A stretch of DNA of 64,000 nt from Octopus sinensis (Eukaryota). Position 1 is the stretch's first letter. Every line of letters begins with the position of its first letter. The notes beneath the pieces were generated by a model. The model ran no database searches, was not told the DNA's origin, and worked only from the letters and a program-made list of their open reading frames with translations. Position numbers and translations under genes: made by a program. Positions 51,560 through 64,000 of the stretch are shown piece by piece. The DNA lies in contig NC_043014.1 of the NCBI RefSeq assembly GCF_006345805.1, forward strand, positions 21,700,001 through 21,764,000, given 5' to 3'.

Positions 51560-52719
51560 GTAACTACACGTTTTTATTTATAACTACCACAACAATTGCC
51601 ATTATCATTGTATCCATATCCATCACAACTGTTTTGTTACCTACATCACCACCATTACCATCCCAGTTAACAATAGGCACACTTTTGTCAGGAGAGGCAA
51701 CAAGAGGGGCATCTGGCTGTAAAACCCATCTGCCTGATATTCTATTCAACCAGTGCCAGCACAGATAAGTGGATGTAAGATGATGAGAATAATGATTACC
51801 ATAACAACCAGCATCAGTGCCATCATCCTCCTCCTCATCATAGTCTAAAGAATTTAATGATTGGTCATCATTGGTTGAAATTGGTTCATAAAATTAACAA
51901 AATGGAATAAAATGATGTGAAGACAAGACACTTCACACGTTATTCAGGGTGGACCAAAAGCCATGCACCAAAACATTTGACATTTATTATTATTATTATT
52001 CATTTACAAGTATGTGTGTATTCATCATTATTTCATTCAATTTTAGAAACATTGAAGCACATCTTTGTCAATTGTAGAGTATACTGAACCTTTGGCCTAC
52101 TCTGTATTTTCCAAAGAAAAGGACATATTACTCATTACTCCACCACACACACACACACACACACACAATATCACTCATTACATATTCACACCACTCATCA
52201 CACATACTTGCATACACCATAAATATTACATACACACACACACTCATCATTCACACTGTTTATAAAGTGCAGTAATGATTTGCTATAAAAAAAACCAACA
52301 GGTAAGAAAAAAATGTACAATTAAATATAATTTACAATACAAAATGGATGTGGTTGTGAGTAAACAATTTAATTTACTTGCTCAGGTCCTGGTTGTAGTA
52401 GTTTCCCTTCACTTGTATTTTTGATCTCCTTTGAAAACCTGAATATAACATAATCTTATTTTCACCTGTCTTCTGTCTCTGTAATAAATTCTTATAGAGT
52501 AATTGTTATTTCACCCTGGCTCAAAGCCATTTCAAGGCTTTCTATAATGTATCTAGAGCTATACAATGTGTTTCCACTTGGTAAAAATATGTGGGGAATT
52601 TGGCTGTTATTTTTAGTAGATTGAGTGACTGCATATTGGCTTTGTCCTTGATTTATTAGTGAACAAAATATCATGGAAAAGCCATGCCATCATTTTAATT
52701 ATTTTTTTTTTTCGCCTTG

Positions 52720-53136
52720 TGAAGCTCATGTACAACTCCCTGGAGTGACCTCAGTTTTCTGTAGAGGTGTGAAAGCTGGACACTTACACAAATGCTTCAG
52801 AAGGCTGTTATGCATCTTGTCTACACACAGTACAAGACTGACAGCTTTGTCAGGCAGCAAGTTATCAAAATTAGGTTGGCACACTGGTGCTTGCTACAGT
52901 TAAACACCAAAGGCTTACCCAGTTCTGCTTGTAGGGACAAGTATCCTACCATGACTCCTGATGGAAAATTTTCCAAGGTACAGTTGAAGGAAAGTAAAGA
53001 AGGGCCCCAAAAGAGAAAATTCTGGTCTGACAGATTGGATAGGTGTCTTGGCATCATGTCACTTCTTCATATAATGGAGGACAAGAATCTGGTGATTGCT
53101 GACTGCTTGAGTATAAACTGTCTTAGACAGTCATAA
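52720..53136 (+). mobile_element. Highly decayed RTE-type LINE 3' fragment
   Basis: CESWTLT followed by a decayed G-x-x-K-R-K-x-W-x-D and L---x-D---W pattern of RTE ORF2 C-termini. Confidence 0.55.
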
Positions 53137-53943
53137 GATGATAATTGTAAGATTGTAAACAAGCAGACAAAATGTCTTGTGATTTATAGTTTCTAGTTCT
53201 TAAAATCATTCATTCAGATCTCAACAGGGTTGATTAAAAAATAAGATAAATAAAAGGGTAGTGAGAAAAGTGTTTATTTAAAGCCCTAAAACCTTTTCAA
53301 GAGAATATATGTATCTTGTGCAGAAAGAAATTCATATTAACCCATTAACATTTAAACTGGCCATATCAGGCCAAAATATTCCACTTGTCATATATTCAAA
53401 CTGGCCAGATGTGGCCTCTCATACCAATCCTACAATATCATTACAAAAATTAAGTTACCTTACGTGGTTAATTCAAAATAATGTGACTAAATAAGCATTG
53501 CTTTTGACAGAATAATGTGAATGGTGAAAGGATAAATAACAATTTCTTCCACTGACACAGAGACTGCTAGAAATAGCTGCCATATCTCACTCCAAATTAC
53601 AACCAACTGATTTTAAAATAGTTAGATACACTAAATTTATAACAAAAAGTTGGACTGGTTATGGTTGTAATGTCTGATTAAAAATATACTGGACCAGTTC
53701 ACCTGAGACTACAATATTAATGGTAATCGTATATAGTCAGTTTCCTTGCTAGATATAACATCCAGGATCTCCCATAAATTACACCATACCATCTTAAAAA
53801 AGAAAGAACATATTTCCCAAGGTTAGTCTCTAATACAGAAACAACAAAGAAAGTAGTCACAGACAGAATGTTTTTAAATAATAGAATGAATCAAAGTTGA
53901 CCTGCAGCTCAACAAAAACATTCAATATCAAATAAGGTGATTA

Positions 53944-55194
53944 TTAGGTTGTTCTGAAAATAATGTGTTGTGTTTTGAAACGCAATTTTATCATAGTATT
54001 TTAATTGTTTTAGGTGAATTTCGACATACTTATGCTCTTTAATAATTTTCTACTTATTTCAGACAAAAAACATTCTTGAGGCATAGGTGCCCTAATTATG
54101 AAAATGACAAAAAAGGACCTTTGCTTACCTATCTTGCATGAGTTCAAGCTTGGGCACAATGCCTCCCAAACCGCTGCCAATATCAACAGAGCATGGGGAG
54201 AGGGGTCCACATGCGACCACACAGTACAAAGGTGGTTTCAGAAATTCTGTAGTGGTGATAAGAGCCTTGAAGATGAAGCTAAAGGGCAGTCATGCAGTCT
54301 TGATAATGAACAATTGAAAGCAATTGTTGAACAAAACCCACGTCAAAGTGTCAAAGAAATGTTTCAGACACTTGGTGTCAGTATTGCAACGGTCTCATGC
54401 AATCTGCAGAAGATTGGTAAGGTGAAAAAGCTTGATAAATGGGTACTGCATAAGCTCAATGAAAATCAAAAAGTTTCAGCGTTTTGAAGTCTGCTCAATG
54501 CTCTTTCTGGGAAACACCAATGATCCTTTTCTTGACTGAATAGTCACTTGTGACGAAAAGTGGATCTTTTGTGATAACTGTACACTATCAGGTCAAAGGC
54601 TTGATTGTGATGAGACCCCCAAACATTTGCCAAAGCCAAAGTTGCATCAACAAAAGGTTATGGTGACTGTTTCATGGTCTTGTAATTGGTGTTGTCCATT
54701 ACAGCTTTCTGGAAGCCAATCAGAGCATTACAGCAGAGGTTTACTGCAATGAACTCGCTGAAATGCATGCTCACTTGCAAAAAATGTGATCTGCATTGGT
54801 GAATTGGCATAGCCAAATTCTGTTCCACAATAATGCAAAGCCACATGTTGCAAGAATGATGCTCCAGAAACTCACAGACTTAAGATACGAGACTTTACCA
54901 CATCCTCCATATTCTCCTGATCTTTCACCCACTGACTACCATTTTTTTAAGCATTTAAACACGTTTTTAAATGACAAAACTTTCAGGTCCAAACTAGAAA
55001 TGGAATCAGCTTTCAAAGATTTCTTAGCATCAAAGCCAATAAGTTTTTATCTACAAGGCATAAATAATCCTGTTGATTGATGGTAGAGATGCATAGATGC
55101 ATCTCATACTTTGACTAATCAAAACATTTCTATTGTTAATTTTTCCACAATAAAATTGTTTCTGAAATCTGCTATTATTTTTGGAACAACCTAA
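53944..55194 (+). mobile_element. Full-length (1,251 bp) Hsmar1-like mariner with a pseudogenised DD34D transposase
   Basis: TA TSDs at 53942-43 and 55195-96; TIRs TTAGGTTGTTC(T/C)(G/A)AAAATAAT; motifs WVLHKL, IVTCDEKWI, HNNAKPH, HPPYSPDLSPTDY; frameshift near 54470 and several TGA stops. Confidence 0.95.
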
Positions 55195-55225
55195 TACAAT
55201 AGTTTTCCTAAATTTCTCATTCCAG

Positions 55226-55343
55226 ACTTCGCCATGAGGAGTCTTTGAGGAGGAATCGTACTGCTTTGATCCCCACCAACTACCAAGGAATGACACCAAT
55301 GCCACTTATTTATCGACAGAGAAGTTCTTCTACAGATCACTGA
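55226..55343 (+). CDS. STARD9: Predicted terminal coding exon of the STARD9-like gene
   Basis: tttctcattccag| acceptor, phase 2 fits; (R)LRHEESLRRNRTALIPTNYQGMTPMPLIYRQRSSSTDH then TGA at 55341-55343. Confidence 0.6.
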
Positions 55344-58300
55344 AACCAGAGATAGCAGTAACTGAGATTGAAACCCTATAGCCATCTTACCCTTACCATT
55401 ATTTATTCTCTCCCCTACTCTGCAAAAAAAACACATGAAGTTGGCTGGAATTCATTCTCCACTTAAAATTGATGCTGATTTTTACTGAATATATCTCTTT
55501 TTTCTTTCTTCTCAGTTATCCATCATCATCAACTTTCTCTTATGTATTTCCTTCTCTTTTTCTCTCATACAACACATTGCTCTCACTTCCCCTATGAATC
55601 ACATGTATAACACATCCTCACATTTGTTTCCTCAGCCCCATTTGTCCTTTCATTAATGGAGAGTGAACTGGGAGTATCTACGGCTTGTGCCTTTGTCACC
55701 ATCACCACTAAACACAACCCACCAAGAAATGTGCCAGGGGTGGAATCTTCATCTGATAAATGCTTCCCTAACTAATCTGAGTGCTAATCCTTAATGCTCA
55801 TCCCTTACTGTATTACATAAGTTGTATTAACTGAATTAAGGGGAATTCTTTAAGATATTTTTTATCCACCCCACTTTGCTATGGATTTATGTTACTCCTC
55901 GCTTTTTTTTTTCCATAGGTTGACAAGATTAAATATATTTTATTTTTTACATGTATTCCCATTAAATATTTAATTCCTATTTTTGCTATATATTTATGTG
56001 AAGTCAGACGACTACACGATATTTAGTTTCATACTTGCTAAATTTCTAAATTTACTTCTTGCCAGGGTCAACTTTTCATCTCTTTGAAGTCAGTTTAACA
56101 TACCAGTGATACAATGGTGTTTGATTTAGTCAATTATACATCAGCTCTACTTTAAATAAGAATTAATGTTTGGCTTATTTAGTATCCCTAATTAAGGTTT
56201 TTTGAGAAATTCATAAAATACAGGTTATGAGCCCAGTGTCCAGCTCTTGGCTTATCAAGAAACTGAGGCAGTTTCTATGCAGTCATTTGATTTATTGCAG
56301 CCAAATTTTCCTCAAATCATACTGGATAATGTAGCTCTTACAGATTTGGTCAAATTAAAATAAAAAGAAAGAAAAGATGCTTTTGGCTGGGATGCCGGTA
56401 CAGAGTGGGTCTGGAGTTAAAACAATAACTGGCCAACTAAAACATAACACCTCCTCTAACTAATACACAGTCTGCTCGGTCTCTCTTTGACTATAACAGT
56501 TCCTGCTCCCATTGAATTGGCAACCATTATAGAACTGCCAGTGAAACATACTTCCCAGCCACCTTGCTGTTGTCTCAGCTATAAAACCAAAACATTATAT
56601 CCATCAACTAGTCCTTTGAAAGGCCGACATTTCCCCATTAGACGTCAATCCTGCCAGCCCTGGCATGGCCTGCAAGGGCTATGAACACTGCATCCTTTCC
56701 TGGGGCTAATAAACATAATATAAACTAAATCTCAATTCCTCTCTAATGGCTTTCAATTTTTCACTATTGTTTCTGTTATCAAAGGATTGCTATTTCTGAT
56801 ATGTGGACCCTTTACAGATCTGAAGGCTACACAGCCAGTGATTAAAAAATCCTTTTTCTTTGGCTGGTGTAATTTACTGGCATGAAAAACTGTAAAGTGA
56901 TCTAACAGGAAAAAGATATTCCCATAATTAATATATATTAGCATTAAAAAAAAGTTAACATTTACATATGTTAACTAGAAATACACGTTAAGGAAAAAGA
57001 AAAAAAAATATATATATATAAGCCAATACCTGCGATATCCCCAGAGTTCTCCCTTGTAAGCCTTCACAGTACTTAGCTAAAGTATAATAAAATTCAATAT
57101 TGTGTAGGAAAATAGAATTGCTTAGATATTAAATAATTCAGAGATGCCGTCCTTACTGAAAACAACAAGTAACTATCCGTTAACATAAAATATAAATCTC
57201 CTTTTACTAGAGTTGTCTTCCATCGATGCTAATAATTTCTTCAGTTGCGTCCCTTCAATATAATTTTCTAATCTTAGTTTGGTTATGTGTTTGCATCACA
57301 TAAATAGTTGTTTTGCATTTAAAATTGTCTTAGGCAGCCACTTTACCAGCCAACGTCGTCTCCCTCAAACAACTAAATAATACGAAGAAAACATTCAATA
57401 ATCACGACCTAGATAAACTACTTGAATTAAAATAGTTTTGACCATGTCAATTGAAGCTGAACGGAGAGTAAACAATGTTCATCACCTGGCTTTTTAGTCT
57501 GATTTGTAATATTTTACACCCAAGTATTCACTGATTATTTGTCTGTTTTAAGTGTGGGATGGAGATATTAGTGTGTACCAGACTGAACCACATATGGAAG
57601 TACCATGTTTGGGTCACATGTTACCTTCTAATATTTTGTCTATATATATATATGTGTATGTAATATAATATTTCTGAATCTTCAGATTTTTCTATATGCT
57701 AGACCACTGGTTTTAAATTGATATTAATTAAATTACTATTCAAGTTTTCACCCTTATTATTTTAAATTTATATATACATATATATATATATATGATCAGA
57801 CTGAGCTGGCCAATGCTAGCACTGATGTCATAGGAGTTAATAAATAGTTGCTAATATAAGTGTTAGACATTGGAGTTGTAAGCTACTTTAACAGGTGACT
57901 GTCAGAAAGCCATGAAAGGAGTGAGTGAACTGTTGCTCTAGTGTTATCAGACATTTATTTTACATATTAAACACTCTCACCAAGTGCAGCTGTTTCTGCA
58001 ACTAATAAGAGATAATTCCTGTAAATTACAACAGAAAGATTGTCCAGATAGTGTCACAATCAGAAATCTTTTTTTTTTTTTTGTTACTTCCACCTTCACA
58101 GTGAATGTGTGTTTTAATGCTACAAGCAGTGGTGCTAGAACTGTGTGTATGTGTGTTTTTCAGCCAAGACACAGCAATGGTGCTAAGTTAGATGACTTGT
58201 AAATAATATATTTGTAAAGTTCAATGTTTGGAAATTTCTCATATCTTTGTATTTTCATCTCAACAAAACTTTTGCAATTTTTTTTTTTTTTTCTTGAAGT

Positions 58301-58989
58301 TTGAAGTGCCTACCACCCTTGCTGTCCTATTTAAATACATATTTGGTGCTATTGAAAAAATATCACACTCTTAGTTGAAACCTACCTGAAATTATCTGCA
58401 TAGATGTCTTCCCTCCATCACTGTGTGCTGCAAATGTTAACACAATGCACTTCCTAACCTTTACACCAAACACACTCCTTTGATTTTCATCACCAACCCT
58501 CCACCTCCAAGGACTATCTTAAAATACTCTGTAGTATGACACAAACTATCTCTCTAACCATCTCTGTACTTAGTTTTCTTTTGTTCTGTCACAGCCAACA
58601 ACTTCAAATTAGTGTCATGAAAGGCACAGTTCACAGCACTCACCAATGTTATCAAAGATATTAAATGTCTTAAACATTGTGTTGAGAATTTGATTTAAAA
58701 AAAAACAACTTCATAACAGAGGATTAAAGCAAACAAATATTATCTCTAGTAAAGACCTCGATTTCTCAGTTTGAAAGATTGTCTAATTGTAACCCTTAAT
58801 GTCGGGGTTTATTTTTCTATAATTCACCATATGTCTGAAGAGATAATTCTTGAAAGAAACGTTTTATAAAATGTTGAAGTTTGTGAGTGGATTGTCTGAA
58901 AGTATTCATCTAATTTATATACAACTTTTCATTGATTGTTTAATGAATAAAAATAATATTAAAGACAATAAAAATGTTGATGAAAAATG

Positions 58990-60530
58990 AGTTCTATTAT
59001 AAGCACAAGGCCACATTTTGTTGTGAACAGACAGGATTGGTGGACTGGTACTTAGAAGGATGAAAGGTGAGTTTCTGAAAGTTTGAACTCAGAATGTAAA
59101 TAATAACTTGCAAAAGATACTCTCCAGCTCTAATGATTCATTTTGCCAATCCAATAATAATATTCATATTCCTGATAATAGTTCATTTCTGGTATTAATA
59201 ATGATTCCAAATTTTGGCTCAAGGCAAGCAAATTCAGGATGGGAGCAAGAGGATTACATCAACTGCAGTCTTCAAATAGGTACTTATTCTTTCAAGCCTG
59301 ATGTCAGTGGATTTTGAACTCAGAATGTGAAATCAGACGAAATACCACTAAGCATTTTGCCTGGCATGCTAACCAGTCTCTCAGCTCACTGACTTAATAA
59401 TAATTTTCTAAATTATGTGCAAGTCCATAAGTTTGATGAGATGATTTTTAATTGATTTGACTAATCCACAAGTACTTGACTGGCTTATCAGCCCAAGGAA
59501 GGATTAAAGACAAAGCCTACCTTGGCAAGATTCAAATTCAAAACCTACAAAGGATGCAATTAAAACAAGTACTTTATCCTACACCCAACTTATTTTGCTA
59601 ATAATCTCCAACACTGGACATAGGTACAAAGCCAGAAAATAGAGATTAGAGTTGATTATACTGCTCCTCTTCCAGAACTTTAATGATATTGTATTTTATT
59701 GATGCAGAAAGATGGAAGATAATGTTGGCCCTCAGCAGGATTTGAACTCAAACATATACTGCAAGGTATTTTGTCTAATGTTACTCTGCCAATCCAACAG
59801 ATTACTTTAAAAAAACGTTTGTTATAATTCCAAACATTAGACACAAGATCAACTCCATGGAGGAAAATGGTGACAATAGTAATGATTTCTGGCATAAGCA
59901 TATTCACATTTAAACCAGCCATATCTGGCACATATTTTGCCTGCTCTAAGTTCAAACCAATCAGATCTGGTCTCTCACACCTACCCTACAATATCATTCT
60001 AAAAATAAACAATAACATCATCAAAATCCCAAACCTACAAAATAATTTCAAATTTTGACACAGCCAGTAATTTCAACCTCAGTTTTCACCTGGTACTTAT
60101 TTTATCAACCTTGAAAGGCAAAGTTGACCATGGCAGAATTTGAACTCAGAACATAAGGACAAATGAAATTCTGTTAAGCATTTTGCCCGACATATTACAT
60201 TTGACAGAGTAATATGACTGCTAAAGGGTCGGAGGTGGTGGGGGTAGTTGATTAACCCTTAAGCATTCAGATCTGTTAAATGTAAAGTTTATTTATTCAA
60301 ATTGATTTGAATTAACCATGGCTTATCCTGTAGCTTTGAGATTTCAATGATGTGGTTATTTATTTTTAGAATGACAACGGGTAGAAAATTTTGGCCCAGT
60401 TTAAATGTTAAAAGGGTTAAAAAAAAAAAGAACCATGGCATATTACTTGTATTTATTTTATCAACCCTTGGAAGACTGAAAGGCAGAGACAACCCCAGTA
60501 AGATTTGAACTCAGAACATAAAACGACATG
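58990..60530 (-). mobile_element. Five SINE family A copies on the minus strand
   Basis: TTTGAACTCAGAA or TTTGAACTCAAA (reverse B box) near 59088, 59317, 59744, 60143 and 60508, with adjacent GATGAAAGG/GCAAAG-type and TGGTACTTATT-type sequence. Confidence 0.82.
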
Positions 60531-61084
60531 ACTAAACAAAAGGTTAGAAAGCAAAGATCAGGGAATACAGGTCATTTTTTTTTTTAACCCACCACAGTTC
60601 AGATAAGTTCCTTCACCAGAAAAAAAATTGTATGTGTTTATATATATATAGAGAGAGAGAGAGACTTTTGCTTTTAATGTGCATATTATGCATAGATCTT
60701 TGCAAAGATTTTAACACCACTTCTGATGATGTCGGAAGGTACAAATTCCCCATTGTCACAGTTGGTTCACATTAAATAATCTCATCTGAAAAATTACATT
60801 TTTACAAATAAAAAAAAAAAAAACTGAAATATGTATTAAAAAAACTTTCATTAAAATAAAGAGGACAAATGTCACCCTGGAATTAATTCATCAATCCACA
60901 ATCCCTTCTGTACTTTTAGCCAAGCAATGTAGGCTAGATTGAATTATATAGTGTTATGAAAAATCTAGGAGGAAAAATATTTAACCACACTACCAAAGGC
61001 CATGTAGAGATTGTCAAGTTTTCATCCTGAAAAGCATAACTCTCCATTTATTTTTAGTTCCTTTTCTTTTTTCTTAACCAACGT

Positions 61085-61210
61085 TTAGCTGCCACCTTTG
61101 GCCTTAAAGAGCACATCATAGGATGGTGGAGGTGATGGTTTCCTTGCACCAGAAGGAGGGACATCTATAAGCGATGTGTCTCTTGAGCTAACACTTGTTG
61201 TAGATGGAAG
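61085..61210 (-). CDS. Terminal coding exon of an unidentified convergent gene; C-terminus carries a PPxY motif
   Basis: Minus strand: ~35-nt pyrimidine tract ...gctgtttcag| then LPSTTSVSSRDTSLIDVPPSGARKPSPPPSYDVLFKAKGGS-TAA. The phase-0 frame is assumed. Confidence 0.72.
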   Translation of the reverse strand, partial: LPSTTSVSSRDTSLIDVPPSGARKPSPPPSYDVLFKAKGGS

Positions 61211-61402
61211 CTGAAACAGCAAAAAAGACAAAAGAAAAAATTTTTCAGATCAAATATTTTATTTGATTCATTCACTAGACTACGGTCATGCTGGGGCACA
61301 AACTCAAAGAACTTTTAGTCAAATGAATCAACCCCAGTACATAGTTTTTTAAGCCTGGTACTTATTCTATCGGTTTCTTTTGCTGAAGTACTAAGTTATA
61401 GG

Positions 61403-61735
61403 GGGACTTGGTAAACACCCACAAAGTTATCAACCACGTCACCAACAACACTGAACACCTTTTTGATCTCCATGTGTCTAACACACGTGGACATGCCTAC
61501 AAAGTCAGAAAACAACACAGCTCCCATGACTTTCGGAAACATTTTTTCACGCTCAGAGTTGCTGAAGCATGGAATAAACTGCCTGCGTCAGTTGTTGACT
61601 GCCATGACACTGCATCCTTTAAGGCCCTCATGCTTTCTGAAATCCGCCGAAACTACACCTAATTATATATACACTTTAGATGAGTTGTAGTGCACCTGAG
61701 CACTGTACACATTATTATTATTATTATTATTATTA
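61403..61735 (+). mobile_element. 3' fragment of a CR1-clade LINE with (ATT)n tail nested in a SINE
   Basis: GDLVNTHKVINH...NTRGHAYKVRKQ...RKHFFTLRVAEAWNKLP...FK, the CR1 C-terminal signature. Confidence 0.88.
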
Positions 61736-62671
61736 TAAACAGACCAACACTAGTTGTAATTGATGGGGTGTGGGAGACAAACATGCACACACAGGCTTTT
61801 TCCAGTTTCCTTGCATCAAATCTACTCACAAGGTTTTGGTAGACCCAAAGCTATAGTAGAAGACATTTGCCCAAGGTGCCATGCAGTGGGACTGAATCCA
61901 GAAGTTTGGGAAGCAAACTTCTTGCCCCACCAGCACCTATATTTTCTGTTACAGCTAAATTTACACAATTTGTATTTAAAATATTTCAAATACCATAAAT
62001 TTGTTTACATTAGCATAGTAGTCACTTTATTATATTTGTACTCTACAATTGTATTGAGTACTCTTTACTTTGTTCAGAATATTACTTGCATGTGTAAATA
62101 CAATTATATACACAAGTACATGTACACAAAGGGAAAGGTTGTTCTTTACATAATAACAATATTGATCAAAACGAGGATATTGAGAATGCAGTCATATTTT
62201 TAACGACAATTTGTTTCCAGGTCACATGATTCATATTCTTACAAAACTAAACAGCAAATGTCATGAATTGTATAACACAATTGCATTAATCTACAATTGT
62301 TTCATTAAAATATATAAAAAATGTTTTGGCAAATAACAACAAAAGACATTTCTATGAAATAGAAGAATGTTTTACATTTTTTTTTAATAAAAGGAAAATG
62401 TGAACAGAGTATTCTCTAAAATACAATATATTTTTTGCCATAAGAATATATCAAAAAATACTTTTTACTAAAAAAAAATTTTAAAAACAGGAAATCCTGT
62501 GAAATAGATATTTTACTAAACACTGCAGAATATCTTATGAAATATTTTTATATTTTAAGTAAAATGTATTGTAAGATTTATAAACAGGACAGTGAATCAG
62601 AACAGTAGAAAATAGAATACAAAAAAACTAGATATAGAAGATTGGTCTATATATCTCAATAATTTTTTTTC

Positions 62672-62860
62672 AGCACACCTGTTTCTGCCCTCATTTTTTA
62701 TCACTTTCTCTCCTTCCCTTGCTCTTCCCTCTGGCTGGGTAACCATGTATCTCCTCTATAGTAGCACACCTGTTTCTGTCCTCATTTTTGTTATATCTCT
62801 CTCTCTCTGGCTGGGTAACCATGTACCTCCTCTATGGCAAGACACCTATTTCTGTTTCTG
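62672..62860. repeat. Tandem repeat of ~85-90 nt, about 2.3 copies
   Basis: GCACACCTGTTTCTG(C/T)CCTCATTTTT...CTGGCTGGGTAACCATGTA(T/C)CTCCTCTAT repeated. Confidence 0.8.
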
Positions 62861-62934
62861 TCATACTCTATCTAACCTTTCATCATCTGACACAAGATTA
62901 CCTCCTCCAATGCCCTCTCCCCTCACAAAGGTTT

Positions 62935-63190
62935 TATTGTCTTGGAAGTTACTTGGTGACTCTGTCAGTGCTGGTGCCACATAAAAAGCATCCAGTCCAC
63001 ACTGTAAAGCGATTGGCATTTGGAAAGGCATCCAGTTGTAAAAATCATACCAAAATTGACCTTGCCTGTGCTGGTGCCACAAAAAGCACTCAGTCCACTC
63101 TGCAGGGTGGTTGGTTTTAAAAAGGGCATCCAGCTATAAAACTATGCCAAAACAGACACATGGGAGGAGGATGTTAAACGATGATGATGG
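62935..63190 (+). mobile_element. Short element sharing the RTE 3' tail (also ~1860-1990, 2885-3078, 11720-11915, 18780-18925, 63490-63655 on +; 12412-12600, 18474-18660 on -)
   Basis: AGGAAGGGCATCCAGC...ACCCATGCCAGCATGGAAA...GATGATGAT-type sequence matches the end of the RTE copies. Confidence 0.8.
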
Positions 63191-63982
63191 AAATTCCTTC
63201 CATTAATTTGGAAAATTAATTGTATTCTTAACATCTAAATTTCTGTCTAGAGATTTTGGATAGAGTTTATAGAAATAAACTTTAAACATCTTTTGTTTTA
63301 GATTGACAGTGTAAGGATTCAGCCTCTGCAGATGAAACCAAAACAGTTCTGCTTTGTATAGCACCCAGTAAATGATATCAACACTGTAGTATGCTTTAGA
63401 CTGATCTATATTGATCGGAAATCAATCAAAGCCAGATCTAGTGCCAACCTGTTCTATGATGTATCACATAGTATGGGTAAATCTGTCAAAGGCCTCCACA
63501 ACAAAATTGATATCAGTGTTGGTGTCACATTAAAAGCACACATTACACTCTCTGGAGTAGTTGGTGTTGGAAAGGGCATCCAGCCCCTGGCCTTACCAGC
63601 TTTGACTGAACCATCCAACCCATGCCAGCATGGAAAAGACATTAAATGATGATGATTCCAATTATAATGCTGACAATGATTGCCAACTTTTCAGCTAGGA
63701 GCTTTGCCAAAATGTTTTCCTCTGTATTAAGCATAGTTTGGGGATGGAATCTTATACCTCCCCTCTGGATAATTTGTAGTGTTTATTTATATTGTGTTGA
63801 TAAGAGTACGGGATGTTTCTGCATTTCTACACTAAAACACAATTCTTCAAGGCATTCTCTCAATTTCCTGTAATTCAGACTGCCTGATGATCTCAGCTGA
63901 CAAAATGGAAAATGCGTTACCCTGAGGATGGCAAGGGAGGTGCACTGGAACAGTCACTCTGACTGACAGCAATTGCACTCAC

Positions 63983-64000
63983 AGATAGCCATTTCTGCCT
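63983..64000 (-). CDS. Possible 3' end of the penultimate exon of the convergent gene
   Basis: Minus strand RQKWLS|gtgagt: a strong donor, phase 0, compatible with 61210. An alternative donor at 63920 is phase 2. Truncated by the window edge. Confidence 0.4.

Noticed and set aside
52765-52903. Alternative terminal exon (ctgtag| then RGVKAGH...CYS-stop, phase compatible)
   Set aside because: It lies in a decayed RTE fragment whose other frame reads CESWTLT. Not excluded as exonisation, but unsupported.
53944-55194. SETMAR-like fusion or domestication of the mariner transposase with the kinesin
   Set aside because: The transposase has a frameshift, several stops and HNNAKPH in place of HDNARPH (second catalytic Asp lost); no SET domain and no in-phase acceptor was found.
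57310-57435. Possible extra + strand exon (AATLPANVVSLKQLNN...LELK-stop)
   Set aside because: The phase-0 reading does not match the phase-2 donor at 51559 and it has no recognisable motif.

Overview
AT-rich, microsatellite-dense eukaryotic genomic DNA. The repeat landscape (tRNA-derived SINEs, RTE LINEs with (GAT)n tails) suggests an octopus-like cephalopod; this is inference. Bases ~1.5-55.3 kb hold the 3' part of a + strand kinesin-3 gene of the STARD9/KIF16A type. I assembled 19 GT-AG coding exons by hand with consistent phases (~3,010 codons): end of the motor domain with a Ser-rich loop-12 insertion, neck coil, FHA domain, coiled coils, a 6.5-kb single exon, and a short terminal exon. 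No START domain was found. A convergent - strand gene ends at ~61.1 kb with a PPxY-bearing terminal exon. Introns contain three related RTE LINE copies with 3'UTR minisatellites, other LINE relics (BovB-type RTE, CR1, RLE-type), a full-length dead Hsmar1-like mariner, hAT/Tc1/piggyBac-like MITEs and several SINE families. The most notable items are near-perfect long hairpins, minimal hammerhead-ribozyme-like motifs of the Penelope/retrozyme type, a transcription-linked SINE orientation bias, and inverted LINE pairs flanking exons. Most short ORFs in the supplied track are microsatellite or antisense artefacts.
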